Shown here one piece after another: positions 52,596 to 64,000 of a stretch of DNA of 64,000 nucleotides; position 1 is the first letter of the stretch, and the number at the start of each line of letters is the position of its first letter. The notes below the pieces were generated by a model that worked only from the letters and a program-made list of their open reading frames with translations, was not told where the DNA came from and did no database searches. The position numbers and the translations under genes are program-made. Origin of the DNA: Catajapyx aquilonaris (Eukaryota); the NCBI GenBank assembly GCA_000934665.2, contig KZ538423.1, positions 1 through 64,000 of the forward strand. The letters run 5' to 3'.

Positions 52596-54635
52596 AAATT
52601 ATTTTATAATTTTATGACATTCATATATTTTTAAGAAATTCTTTATTTGCTTACTAGGTTTTCCGTTACGGTTTTCCGGGATGTATCGATATTCTATCCT
52701 GCGATATCGATTCTATCCTGCGATATCGATATTCATGGGTGACAATCACCGTGATTGGCTTTTCCCCACTATTCCGGAGCAGACACCTTTTATATGCATT
52801 GATCAAGTTCATATTATTTGTTTATTGCGTATTTAGTGCTCTTGGTACTATAGTTATTTGATTTTATTTCACCCCCAGTGCTACATCCTGAATCGGGCTA
52901 GAATTCCAGGAGGAAAGGGAGGATTCCCTCAAGTGTTGAAAACATAGAGGCGCGATACACAATCCTCTTAAGAATGCTCGCAAGTGCGCCAACATTCGGC
53001 TGCTGTGCTAGTCGTCTAGGCTGTAATAAAACTGAGTGAAGGTTTAATTGCTGGGCAGAATTTAATTGCGCCAAGTTGTCGGGGCCGGCTAGACTTTGAA
53101 GACTTGAGCTTTTCCCTTCTCAGCAGCACGGCATGGGGGAAAAGGGGGCTGCATCATTAACGAATGCCTCAAAGATTCCTTTTTCTCAGGCAGAAATAAG
53201 TGTCGCCAACTAACGTTCCTTGCCGCTGCTTCAAGGCTCGGAAACGGAAAACCGCCTGGCTTGCCTTCAAGTTTATGCATTGCAAACTGTCGTTGCAAAT
53301 GTCATGATTACAAGTTTGAAGCGATTTCATTTCAAATCAACGAAAACTATTGTGTCAAACTATTTAGGTAATTGGTAAGCTTGTGTTGAACTGTAGAACG
53401 AATTATTTTTGAAGTTACTGTACTAAATGTCCAATTGTATTTTTTATGAACTTATTACTGTTTTGGAGCATTACAGTGCTTTTTTTGGAGTAATTTAACC
53501 TCTCTGACCGTAATTCCTAGCATTCCAGCAGCTAACCCTTCTTCCTAGGTAATTAGGTCCGCCTCAGAAAAATTGGTTTTCCCGCTCTGCCGAGCAATGT
53601 CACGCGGTTTACCTTGAGCACGGCCAGGAAAGTGCTGGGATCGGACTTAGAAAAACAGGCACAATCTCTTCCTGAAAAAACCAGGCCTAAAATATGTGCT
53701 TTTTCTACTAATTTACTTTGCTACTCTAACACAGCAGAAAATATTTAGCTTCAGTTGATATCCTAGAATAATCTAAAGTCTAGTTAACCGAAATGGGATC
53801 TGATGGTTAATCGTACATAACATGAAAAGTGATAAGCCTCATTTAATCTGGCGGTACATTTCGTGGGGTAACCAAAGAAACCACTTTCATGTGAGTCTAT
53901 GCAGACGTGTCTTAGGCAAGTACCGGTCCGCCTTGTTTTACAGGGCCGACGTGGGATTCCGAGCGTGAAACAAGTTTTATAGGTCCATTCTTCCCCCATC
54001 TCGACCGCCCCCCCCCCCCAACTCTTGATTTTCTCTAGCTATTCCTATGCAGGGTGAGTCACCAGTAGGTCCTAAATGTAAAATGTTGCCGTGTGTGTCT
54101 AGGGTCATCATGTTTCCCGCCATCTCATTACTGGTTCGTTTTTAGACATCGCATCTACATTTTCGAATAGTTTTGGTCCTACCTATTGAAGTTCTGCCTC
54201 ACCCTGTCAGTAGCTAAGCTAGACCGAGCGGGGCTGGCGAGCGACCGACAGTGTCTGTGTCGTGGCGGGCGCCAAAGCGACCAGATCGGCCATTGGGCAT
54301 GCCAATTCATTTACGGGTCCACCTCACCTCACGTATACCGCTTTATGGCGGTTGGCCAGAATCCCCATCACCCCCTACCACCCCGAACTCGGACCCCTGC
54401 AAATTCCACTGCCCCCTCTCTACTCTAGGCAAGGACCAAATTCAGGGCTGTAAATCCGGGCCTTGCACTGTATCCTGTGTTGCGTGCGTTATCCGGTAGT
54501 CGGTTTTTGTTGCTGGCTATTCGAAGGAATAGCGTGGGCGTTTGCCAATCGATTGCAGTGTGTGGATCACACAGAGTACCTAGGTGTTATTTTGCATTGG
54601 ACAAGTTGATGAGTGCTTTTCAAAAAATGTTTGTG

Positions 54636-55188
54636 CCTGCCTGTACTGTTAAGTTACAGATAAGTTAAGTACAAACAGAAAAATGTTGATACCTGTCTGT
54701 ACCGTACATTAAGTTACAGATAAGTTAGTTAGGTTAGGTTAGGTTAGGTTAGGCTAGGTTAGTCGGTTAAAGGAGAATATGTACATTAGTTACAGATAGG
54801 TTAGGTTAGGTTAGGTTAGTCGGTTACAGGAGAATATGTACATTAGTTACAGATAAGTTAGGTTAGGTTAGGTTAGTCGGTTAAAGGAGAATATGTACAT
54901 TAGTTACAGATAAGTTAGGTTAGGTTAGGTTAGGTTAGTCGGTTAAGGGAGTATCTGTACATGAAGTTACAGATAAGTTAGTTAGGTTAGGTTAGGTAAG
55001 TCGGTTAAAGGAGTATTTTACCAGACCAGGAAATTAGCCTCCAGCCACAGAGGTGCTGCCTAGGGGAGTGCGAGTTATTGAGGTGGAGGCAGCACCTCTG
55101 TTGGAGGCTAATTTCAAGGCATGATCTGGTAAGATACTCATTTTACCATCTGTACTTCACTTATCTATAACTTAACTGGAGAGGCAGG
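54636..55188. mobile_element. TIR element carrying tandem (TTAGG)n units and an internal hairpin
   Basis: ~43-bp imperfect TIRs (cctgcctgtactgttaagttacagataagtt...), five tandem units gtacattagttacagataag(ttagg)n-agtcggttaaaggag, and an inverted repeat at 55012-55139. Confidence 0.75.
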
Positions 55189-55237
55189 TATATAACCATT
55201 TTTCTTAAAGAGAACTCCCAGCCTAACCTATTCTTTA

Positions 55238-55599
55238 GGGGCCGTCCATAATCCGCGCGGACAGATTTTGTCACTTTTTTACCTCCCCCCCTCCCCTTTG
55301 CGGACAGAAGCGGACAATTTCTTACCTCCCCCCCTAAAAATTGCGCGGACATGGCCTCCTTGACCCCCCCCCCCCGGCCCCGCTTCGCCACACTGAAAGT
55401 GTTATTTTCAATATATTGGTATTTTTTATTTTTTGATATCTACACACAAATTCCTTTTTTCAGAGGCATTACGGTATATTTGAGAGGTCTGACTAAAAAA
55501 CGGNCTGACTTCTACCCCCACCCCCCTGTACGGACAAAAGCGGACAATGTGTAACCCCCCTCCCCCCTTCACTTGTCCGCGCGGATTATGGACGGCCCC
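55238..55599. mobile_element. PIF/Harbinger (Tourist-like) MITE
   Basis: Perfect 26-bp TIR GGGGCCGTCCATAATCCGCGCGGACA with a TTA TSD. Confidence 0.92.
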
Positions 55600-55671
55600 T
55601 TATGAACAGGATCTAATTTTTTAAATGTACATATTATACCTGCCTATACAGTTAATAAGTTACCAGTTAAG

Positions 55672-55941
55672 CAGTCGCGTAGGCAGAAATATATTTCGGA
55701 TTGGGGCCCATTTCATAAGCACTAGGACTAGGTGAACAAGGCGTAAAGGGCGGGTAGCAAGCCCGCAGCAGGCGGAATTTTTGTGGAGTTTCAAGGTCAC
55801 AATAGCTTAGGTGAATGTGGGAGATTTGAATGGGTGTGTATTAGTTGAAATTGGTAGCACTTTTTCCCCAAAAATTACGAATTAGTAATTTCTAATGCTA
55901 TTTCAAACATTTCGGGGCGGGGGGGACTGCCTACGTCACTG
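55672..55941. mobile_element. TIR MITE (hAT/P-like) with 7-bp TSD
   Basis: CAGTCGCGTAGGCAG / CTGCCTACGTCACTG with AGTTAAG on both sides. It sits inside a remnant related to the ends of 54636-55188. Confidence 0.7.
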
Positions 55942-58480
55942 AGTTAAGTACAGGCAGGTACAAACATCTGTCTTTTTTTAAAAAAAAAACTCCATCCTAA
56001 CCCATGCTTTATGAATATGACCAAAATGGAAACATACTATGTCCTTGCATCCTGCTTGAACCAAGAGATCTAGAGGGACGCATTTATAGGCCTTGCTACA
56101 TCCCAAAGTTGGCTAACCAAAAGCACGCGTACAATAACGCACAGGGCTCCAAGAATATTGTGGCGAGCGAGCTGCATCACTTCAAAATTAATCATTTCCG
56201 AGAGATTGCGCTGGCCTCAGACAAAGAGAAGAGCCCAGACCTAAAACGATGAGGCAAAGCCTGCTGGGATAATATCAAAAAAAAAAACCTATACCAAAAA
56301 AATGAAGGGGGGGGGGGGGGGGGGGANTTCGTTCCACTCGTTTCATGCCAACACCTCCTCACCTATTTTCCTCGCCTTTCGATGACTATAGTAAACCTAA
56401 TTCCCCATGCTTACGCCTATGCCGTCGGGATTTCAAAAAAAAAAAATGGAGGGGAGCAATTTTTTTCTAATTTTCTCACAGTTTTATAACGTTCATTTAC
56501 TCTGGAAGTGTCTGAAGCTGGCCAATTTATTCATTACAGGAGTTGGTGTTAAGCTGTGGTTGGATATTGGGTACAGGTTTTTGGATGTTGCTTTAGATGA
56601 AATATTTATTTTTAATGTAACAATAGCGGCTATACTATGCATTACTAGTAATTAGGGAAGAAAACGTTTAAATGCAAAAAAGTACTTAAAATAAAATTGT
56701 CAGACATTTTTGTAAGTAATTTCACTTTTCTGATAACTACTCGGTAAAATTTGATTTTTGATGCTCCAGTCATGTGGCAGCACTAATTTTCTACATGCTA
56801 ATCACAGGTGGGTGAGATAAATGAATTATCACCGTGCGGGGTTTTTATTTTTGGTGTTATACTCGCTTTTCCATGCATGACTAATTCAAAACCATTAATT
56901 TTGTTGACCTTGTTGAAATAAAGGTAGTAACGTAATTACTGAATGTAACAGCATTTGAAACCCCGAATAATATTTTTTTACAAAACTAATTAAGTAATCA
57001 CGTTAGTATTTTACAGCCAGGGAAGCTTTGACAGGTAATTTTAATGCCCCTGTGGGGGGTGGAACCATGGCTCTCACACCTCCAGGGTTTTGTGTTCGAA
57101 TCCCGGAGAGGGTCGGAATTTTTGTGGCTCTTTATCGTCACACGTTGTTTTGCGAATTTAGCATCAGAGAGGGGGAAGCTCCAAAAAGCTTTCAACTCAG
57201 AGGGTCCAAAATATATTTAAAATTGTGGCATAAAGCATCTTTATATACCTCACTATTTTTCCGGGACAGTTCACATTAGACTCTCACATTATGTGCAGTT
57301 AATTTTGTTTGTTCATCAAGTTATGGCACAAACTGACTCAGTAAGCAGAAGCAATGCAGTGAAACCTCGACATAGCCTATTGGCACAGCTAAACTTTTTT
57401 TTGAACAAAATTTGCGGAACAGCTATATTAAAAATCGCTGCATGTTGACATGACTGTTATGTCCTTAAGCGATTGTTTTAATTATAGTACAAAAATTTCT
57501 GGAAAATGTGTCTACAATATACCCATACATTTTCATAAACAATCATGTCTTAGCCTATTAGTAGGCTACTTAGATATTTTCATACTTAAAAAAATTCGGT
57601 TATGACATTCTCCCCCATCTTATGCAACAAAAAGTCTTCCCATGCAAAATAAGGCCACTTTGTTTTCTCCCGCATAAATCAAAGTGGGCCCTATTTGTTG
57701 AAGCTATTCTAGATCAATCCTACGCACCATAAGCTGCAAAGGCTTGTGGGCTGAAAGTAAATTGAGAAAGGAGCAGTAGCGCGCGTCGCCTTGACGTAGT
57801 AAAAATGGACCAATTTCTCACACGTGCGCAGGAGAAAAAGAGCACGTTGGGACAAATGGGGCGGGTTCCCATCCATCCAGGAGGTCCCTAATTTCCTGGC
57901 TTGATGGGGGAAGCAGTAGGGACCACCCTAAAAACCCATCGTTTTAAAGGTACCTGATGCGACACCCTGTACAGGCTCAGAGATGTATTGTTTTTTATTT
58001 CGGCCATTATCAAAGATGGTGGCATGCATAAAGGGGAGCAGGGTTAGGGTCTGGAGGGAGAAGTCATTGGGACTCGAACCAAGTACCCATCAACTCCCCT
58101 TTTTTTACGATTCCTAATCCCTGGCATAGCCTCATAAACTTCTGGTCAGAGTAAAAGGAATGGATTTGACCACGACTGAACAGCCCTTTAATGCTTCTGG
58201 TGTCGTCTGAGAGCCTTTTCTAACCAAAGGACCCCGCCTGGAAAAATATTTCAGATCTCATGAGACATGTAGTTTTGCTGTGTTGACTAAATTGCAGACA
58301 AAAATCAATGACTACCCATGGTTTTTTTTCCTATAGTGACCCTCAAGTGACCTAAGGGAGTAAACAAAGGACCGGAAGTTTGGCCGATTTGCTGGACGTC
58401 ACCGGTCCCAACATTCTGAAAAATTCAGTCCACTCAGGCGTGGGGATTGTGCAGGGTTTTATAAATGCAGGTCCTATTAA

Positions 58481-58897
58481 AGGAACACTCCACTCAAAAA
58501 ACAAGTTTGGATCTAAAAATCGGTCAAAAAATCCTGAATCCGAAGGTGCAATCTGTTTTTCGCTACGCGGAACGGTAATCCCAGGGCGAGGGGTCAAAGT
58601 GGGGAAATTCAAATAGTGCGCTAGAAGCTGGCCGTCCGTCAGCGACGCCCTCGGGACCTTGGGAACTGGAGGGCTGCTCCCGCCTGCCCGCGCGCTTAGC
58701 TAGGCCCATCTCAGAGCGTGCAGCCCTCCAGTTCCCCTGTTCCCCGCGTGGCGGCGCCGCTCATTAGCAGACGACACACTTTGACACCTCGCCCTGGGAT
58801 TACCGTTCCGCGTAGCGAAAAACGAATTGCACCGTCGGATTCAGGATTTTTTGCCCGATTTTTACAGCCAAACTTGTTTTTTTAGTGGAGTGTCCCT
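58481..58897. mobile_element. Kolobok-like MITE
   Basis: TTAA|AGG termini, ~120-bp TIRs, and a further inner inverted repeat gggaactggagggctgc/gcagccctccagttccc. Confidence 0.85.
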
Positions 58898-58949
58898 TTA
58901 ACCTAAGCCTTGAAAGGTTAAAAAATATACAGATTTTTACACGATAAAG

Positions 58950-59375
58950 TCACTAACATATATAAAGCAGAAAGTTTGTTGGTATGTATGTCATAACTAC
59001 CTAACCCACTTTCCGACTACTGAGAGTACGGTACTGAAACTTGGCACACCGATGGCATATTGACCAACCCCAAGTGGTGCCCGCAACCGGCCCTAACCTA
59101 ACCTTCCTTCCTTGCGGATGCAGCCCAATCTTCAGCGGATACAGCCCTAGCTTCAGCGGACACAAAAACCTATGAATAGGTGGGCCGGTTGCGGGGACCA
59201 CTTGGGGGTTTGGCTATATGCACACCGATGTCTTATGTACCGCTGATCCCAGAAAAAGTCCGAAAGCTGCATTTTTTTGGAGCCTAAATACCTCCAAATT
59301 TATGATTTTTTAATTATTTTTGGTTGCGGCAATTACGGCACAGATGGCGCTCCTATGGCTCTGTCAGTGTACTAG
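58950..59375 (+). mobile_element. Non-autonomous Helitron-like element
   Basis: 5' tatataaagcagaaagtttgttggtatgtatg, internal cttcagcggatac repeats, and a weak 3' hairpin followed by CTAG|T. Related segments at 24014-25050, 39792-40159, ~46890, 60625-60680, 61060-61185 and 62452-62647. Confidence 0.6.
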
Positions 59376-59415
59376 TTTATTATAAAACAAAATAAATAAA
59401 TGCAAATTATATTGA

Positions 59416-59759
59416 TTTTTTTTGTACGCCGCGCGCCGTGATGACCCTTACGGGTTCTATAGGGGGGTGGTACACCACCATTTTTCTACCAATTTTCTGA
59501 TTTTATCTTCACTCCGGTGCAGGGAAACAAGGACATTGAGTAAGGATAGGGATTTTTGGGGAGGGGACGTGGGTGCAAGTGCATTGTCTGAAAAGTGGTC
59601 ATGTGCTGTTCCCCATGAGGTTAGGTTGCCAGACACCTCCTCGGTGCAGGTCAGAGACCCCCCTGACGCAGGTGAAAGGGAACTCCCAGGCGGGGATCGA
59701 ACTTGGGACCTTTCAGTCAGCAATCCGAGACGTTACCATCTCGGCCACCACACCTCCCC
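59416..59759 (-). mobile_element. tRNA-derived SINE type 1, full length, reverse orientation
   Basis: Reverse complement starts ggggaggtgtggtggccgagatggtaacgtc...gttcgatccccgcctggg and matches 30766-31120, with an A tail. Confidence 0.9.
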
Positions 59760-60870
59760 TGAAATTTTCTATTACGTAGCCTACACTGTACGATTCACAA
59801 CGATTTTTTTTTTTAAATGAGTTATTACTTCCATGGATTTTTATCATATTAGATTCCTGTCTACCCAATGATGCATACCATTGAATGACTATGAGGTTTT
59901 GTAAGTACCTGTCCACGGTTTTTCCTCCAAGTCGTGCAGACCTACAGTGGTTTTGTCTTTCCTGTGTGTCAATTGACACCTGGCTCTTAATAAGCTTAGG
60001 AATTTTCCCCGTCGAAAAAACAAGTGGCATCCGTTGGGGTGAGGCCATGATATGTCGGGTGACCCAGGCCCGGGCTTTTTGGTGGACTTTTGGGCGGCAG
60101 ACGGGGCTTCCCCCAAGCGGCCAGCCAGAGTTGGGACATTGGCTTGTGTGGTTGGCCACTCATCAGGGAGACCTGCCCAACAGTTCCACCGCTACTGGGC
60201 TTTGCACGTTTACCCCCCTCCCCCTCACTCACATCCCCCCCTCCCAACTTCCACCCACACACCCACACACCCACACACCCAAGGTTGTCTCTCTTTTACA
60301 CACACACTCACACATGCCCACAGAGCCTGCCTGCCTGCCCATTAATCGATTACCGCAGCATGTGACTGGGGTGTGAAAGTCCCCCTACTGATGCCCAATG
60401 GCGTTTACTACGCTGGGCCTCATTTTCAATCACTACCGACTAGTACTTACCGCCATGATACGTTACTTTCACACCCTACCCAATTGTCATGATCAAGACC
60501 TTTATTGGGATGTGTCAAAAGGGCATCAGGTTGGACAAGCTGACTTCAGTATGTTCACCACTACAAATATGGGAAGGACTTTCGTAATGGGGGGCAAATG
60601 TGGCAGAGGTACGCTGAATACCCCGTGACCTAACCTTCATTACGGGCGGATACTCTTATCCTTCAGCGGATACACCCCTATCCTTTACCCCCCGATGTAC
60701 TCGTACCTCCACCTTGTCGTGGTTTCTCCCGTGGCGATAGCTACTGGCAGGGTCACCCACTTGGGATACTTTTTTCTATCCTCTTCGTCGTTTCTGTCTC
60801 CATCTGTGCCACATTTAGTCTTCTACAGCCAGATAGCCATGTAGTTGCTTTGGCTCCTTCCTAATAAACC

Positions 60871-61056
60871 CAAAGGGTTAGCAACTCCCCAAAAATGTGT
60901 ACACCAGATCCTGGAACCGGGAGGTTCCACCCGGTTCCATGCTGGTGTAACGGGCGAAACGTACCCCGGGCGAAAGGTACCACCCGGTTCCAAGCCGGTT
61001 CCACCTGGTCCCTTGGCCAGTGTGTACACCGGTTCCTGGGAGTTGCTAACCCCTTG
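60871..61056. mobile_element. hAT-type MITE
   Basis: TIR CAARGGGTTAGCAACTCCC with a perfect 8-bp TSD AATAAACC. Confidence 0.92.
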
Positions 61057-62185
61057 AATAAACCTAACCTAACCAACCTATCATTCAGCGGATACACGCC
61101 ATCCCTTAGCGGACACAGGCCATCCTTCAGCAGATACACGCCTAGGAAAGTAGGCAAAAGTGCGGGGTCTTCCCGATACGAAATCGTATCCCAATGATTG
61201 GTATTCTCGAGAACTTGTGCCTCGGCCGAACTGAAGCTGAGAATGGCAGGTTGCGGGACTTTATCCCTAAATGTTTCACCTTTGCCAAGAGACGGTGTTG
61301 GGTTCAGGTGTAAAGGGGAGGTGGGTCCCTTTAATTTCCAAATCCCCGCCGCCTTCAGAGGGAGGGGGAAAGCGTGTTTACTTTTGCAAGAGGGGTGTCT
61401 CGACTTAGCTGACGTCCTGCTGACGCGACCATCCCCGCACTAGAATTACCAAGTGCGCTACAAGAAACCGCCTCCGTCTCGCCCTTTCCGCAGCATGACA
61501 CCGCCGTAACCGCATCCCCAAAGCCTCCTACTACCCCCTTTGCCTTCTCTAATTGGCCTCGGTATGCACACCTTTTTACCTCTACTTGCAATAGAAGAGA
61601 AGGAGCGGGGGAGAATTGGTTAATAAGATACCATTAGTAAACTTCTGCCTTCCTGAACCTTACTTGCGGCTTTCTTCGGTTCCGCCCAAAAACTTCCCCT
61701 TGCTCTTCCTAGTAGCAAGCACTTTCTTCTCTCTTATTTAAGTCCGGAGAAGCAAAGTTGCCCCAGCCCAAGAGTTGATATTCTTCCCCTGGCCGCAAAG
61801 GAGGAAGACCCCGAGCCTTACTGTCGTTGCTTCATCATTTAAATATGGCCTCTCGCCGCCGATGCCCAAATATTCATGCTTTTGCTTCCAAGGCTCTTAT
61901 TTGCAACTGTTAGCATGGTTGGTGTGTATAGAGGGAAAAGAGGGGTTCGGTACACTGGGTTCTGTTTCAAGAAATGTCTCTTTCCTTATTGTATATGGAA
62001 GTCAGAAAACATTTTTATGCTAAATATAGGCGACTAGCGGTAATTTATTATTAAGATTCAGCTCCAGTCTTACATACTGTGATGACCCCGGGGCCGCCCC
62101 GGGGCCAACTCCTTGCTAGCTCTAAAAAGAAAACACCTGGATTCCATGGACACTTATTGGACCTTCCAGGTCACCACCTTTACGA

Positions 62186-62350
62186 TTACTCGTATAATAC
62201 CACCTTTACCTCCTTTACCTTTACTCGTATAATACCACCTTTACCTCCTTTACCTTTACTCGTATAATACCACCTTTACCTTTACTCGTATAATACCACC
62301 TTACCTTTACTCGTATAATACCACCTTTACCTTTACTCATATAATACCGA
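62186..62350. repeat. 26-36-bp minisatellite (TACTCGTATAATACCACCTTTACC)
   Basis: About 6 units, lying inside the LTR-like repeat copy. Confidence 0.9.
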
Positions 62351-62451
62351 CTCCACCATACACTTTCGACTCTGATTACCAACTGACTCTCCTCTGGCCA
62401 AAGCCAGGGAAGCAGTACGCATGCTCCGCCCGCATCACATGACCAGCAGGG

Positions 62452-62647
62452 GGCAGAAAGTATGTTTGTTTGTATGTCCTGGCTACCTAACACACTTTCC
62501 AACTACTGAGAGTGCAAAATCTTGGCACACTGATGTCTGGCCTGCCGCTGATTGAATAAAAAGTCCGAAAACCACACATCAAAATCCTAAATGTGGGGTG
62601 ACATTTAGGATTTTGATGTATATGGGATGTTGTTTTGTTTGCTCTAG
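62452..62647 (+). mobile_element. Helitron-like element with perfect 3' hairpin
   Basis: Family 5' motif, a perfect 19-bp stem at 62576-62594/62601-62619, and CTAG|T at 62644-62648. Confidence 0.62.
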
Positions 62648-64000
62648 TAGTTCCGGTAGACGCCACTGATGGCGGTAGCTGGCAGGGCTAGCGCTTCCGG
62701 ATATGTATAATAGATGGCGTTGCTGAAATGACGCGGTATGTTCGAAAAGTAACAAAAGCATCCCGGTATGTAACTTACAAGTGATATTTCTCAGCATGAA
62801 ACTTTAATACAAAATGACATCAATATGAAAAATAGAACTGTACATAAATATGCATAAACTTCAGCTAATATGTGCGTGTCAGAGCATGTCCTGTGTCAGA
62901 TGTCACGCTTTTCCAAGCTGGTCTTGGCAATTGCATCACACTTTAACACTGCCAGTAAACTAACAACGTTTCATGCCAGCAAAAGTGACAGCCCCCAATT
63001 GCTCCTGAATTGAAGCGGAATGAGTCAAAAACCCACGCGCGACGTATTCACTTACTCTGTTAATTGCAAAGCCCCGCCATCCTGCAAATGCAATCTACGT
63101 CCTTCCCAGCAGTGACAAAATATTATTTTAAGCGCACTTCATAATAAATACAAGTGTGGGGACAAGCAAATCCAGGGGTACTTCTGAAAGTGACAAGTAC
63201 AGTACTCTCCATAGTGAAAATTTGAAAAGCAAAAGATACCACTAAGTTCGCTGCCATAAGTAGCGTTCTCCTGGCTTAATATTCATAACTGTCAGGCTGC
63301 GGCAATTGCGCTTCACATGAGCTGGGCGTGAATAAAGCCTGACGTGAATTTGGGATTCGCTGACACTCTTGCCCCCCACCATGCTTCCTCTCGGGGGCCC
63401 TTCATTGGCATGCGGGAGAGTGTTTGAGCAAAGCAGAGAGGGGGGGGGGGGGGGTTCTANTACACTCTCTGGATTTACCCCCTACTCTAGCTCTATAAAA
63501 AAAAGTAGGGGTAAAAACAGGATCGAGTGGAAGACAAGAGACATAGATTGGCAGGTAACCGCGGAACCGCGGACACCGCCGGCAATTGCCAGCCACGGCC
63601 GCAGACTCTGATGTCACCAGCCCAGAGAGACCCCGAAACCGCCCTCAAGCAGACAGACACATGTATTTCCAGCAAAGGTTTTTTTTTTTTGTACAGGGGC
63701 TTAGATGTTTCCTGAGCTGGTTTTTTTGGTTGGTACAGAGAGTAAGGTTCATGGAGCCACATAATGTCCAAGGTGTGAATTGTATGAAACACTCTGTACT
63801 TTCACATTCCAGTCATATCTTAACTGCTTCTATTCACTGTTCAGCATTATTTTTGGGACTCTTTGTTCCCTCGGGATAAATGTGATGTGTCCAACAATTT
63901 CGATTTGATTCCTCTAATGGTATTACAATGCGTCAATGATAATGCTCTCATTGAATCCCTCAATCGGGGAGCAGGAAATGTTAGGGCCCTTTGTTTCACT

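Overview
Eukaryotic, most likely arthropod, genomic DNA: (TTAGG)n tracts, spliceosomal introns, a Drosophila-type Inr+DPE promoter and small N gaps next to poly-C/G runs. The only protein-coding gene I can support is a complete five-coding-exon Runt-domain transcription factor on the minus strand (CDS 34934->12936, about 501-530 aa depending on acceptor choice). It has an intact Runt domain, two polyalanine tracts and a C-terminal VWRPY Groucho motif, and its N-terminus looks most like insect RunxA. The rest is non-coding and rich in non-autonomous mobile elements: hAT, PIF/Harbinger, Kolobok-like, pogo-like and MULE-like MITEs (several with readable TSDs), Helitron/Helentron-type elements, a solo-LTR candidate and several tRNA-derived SINE types, plus mini- and microsatellites. 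The most notable patterns are: three different SINE types sharing one 3' tail; two unrelated inverted-repeat elements carrying TTAGG arrays; a tandem CTCF-motif array downstream of the gene; CCGTTA-rich arrays on both sides of Runt exon 2; and in-frame tandem splice acceptors plus uORFs in the Runx gene. I found no autonomous transposase or reverse transcriptase ORF and cannot demonstrate a wholly new biological system. The findings are hypotheses.
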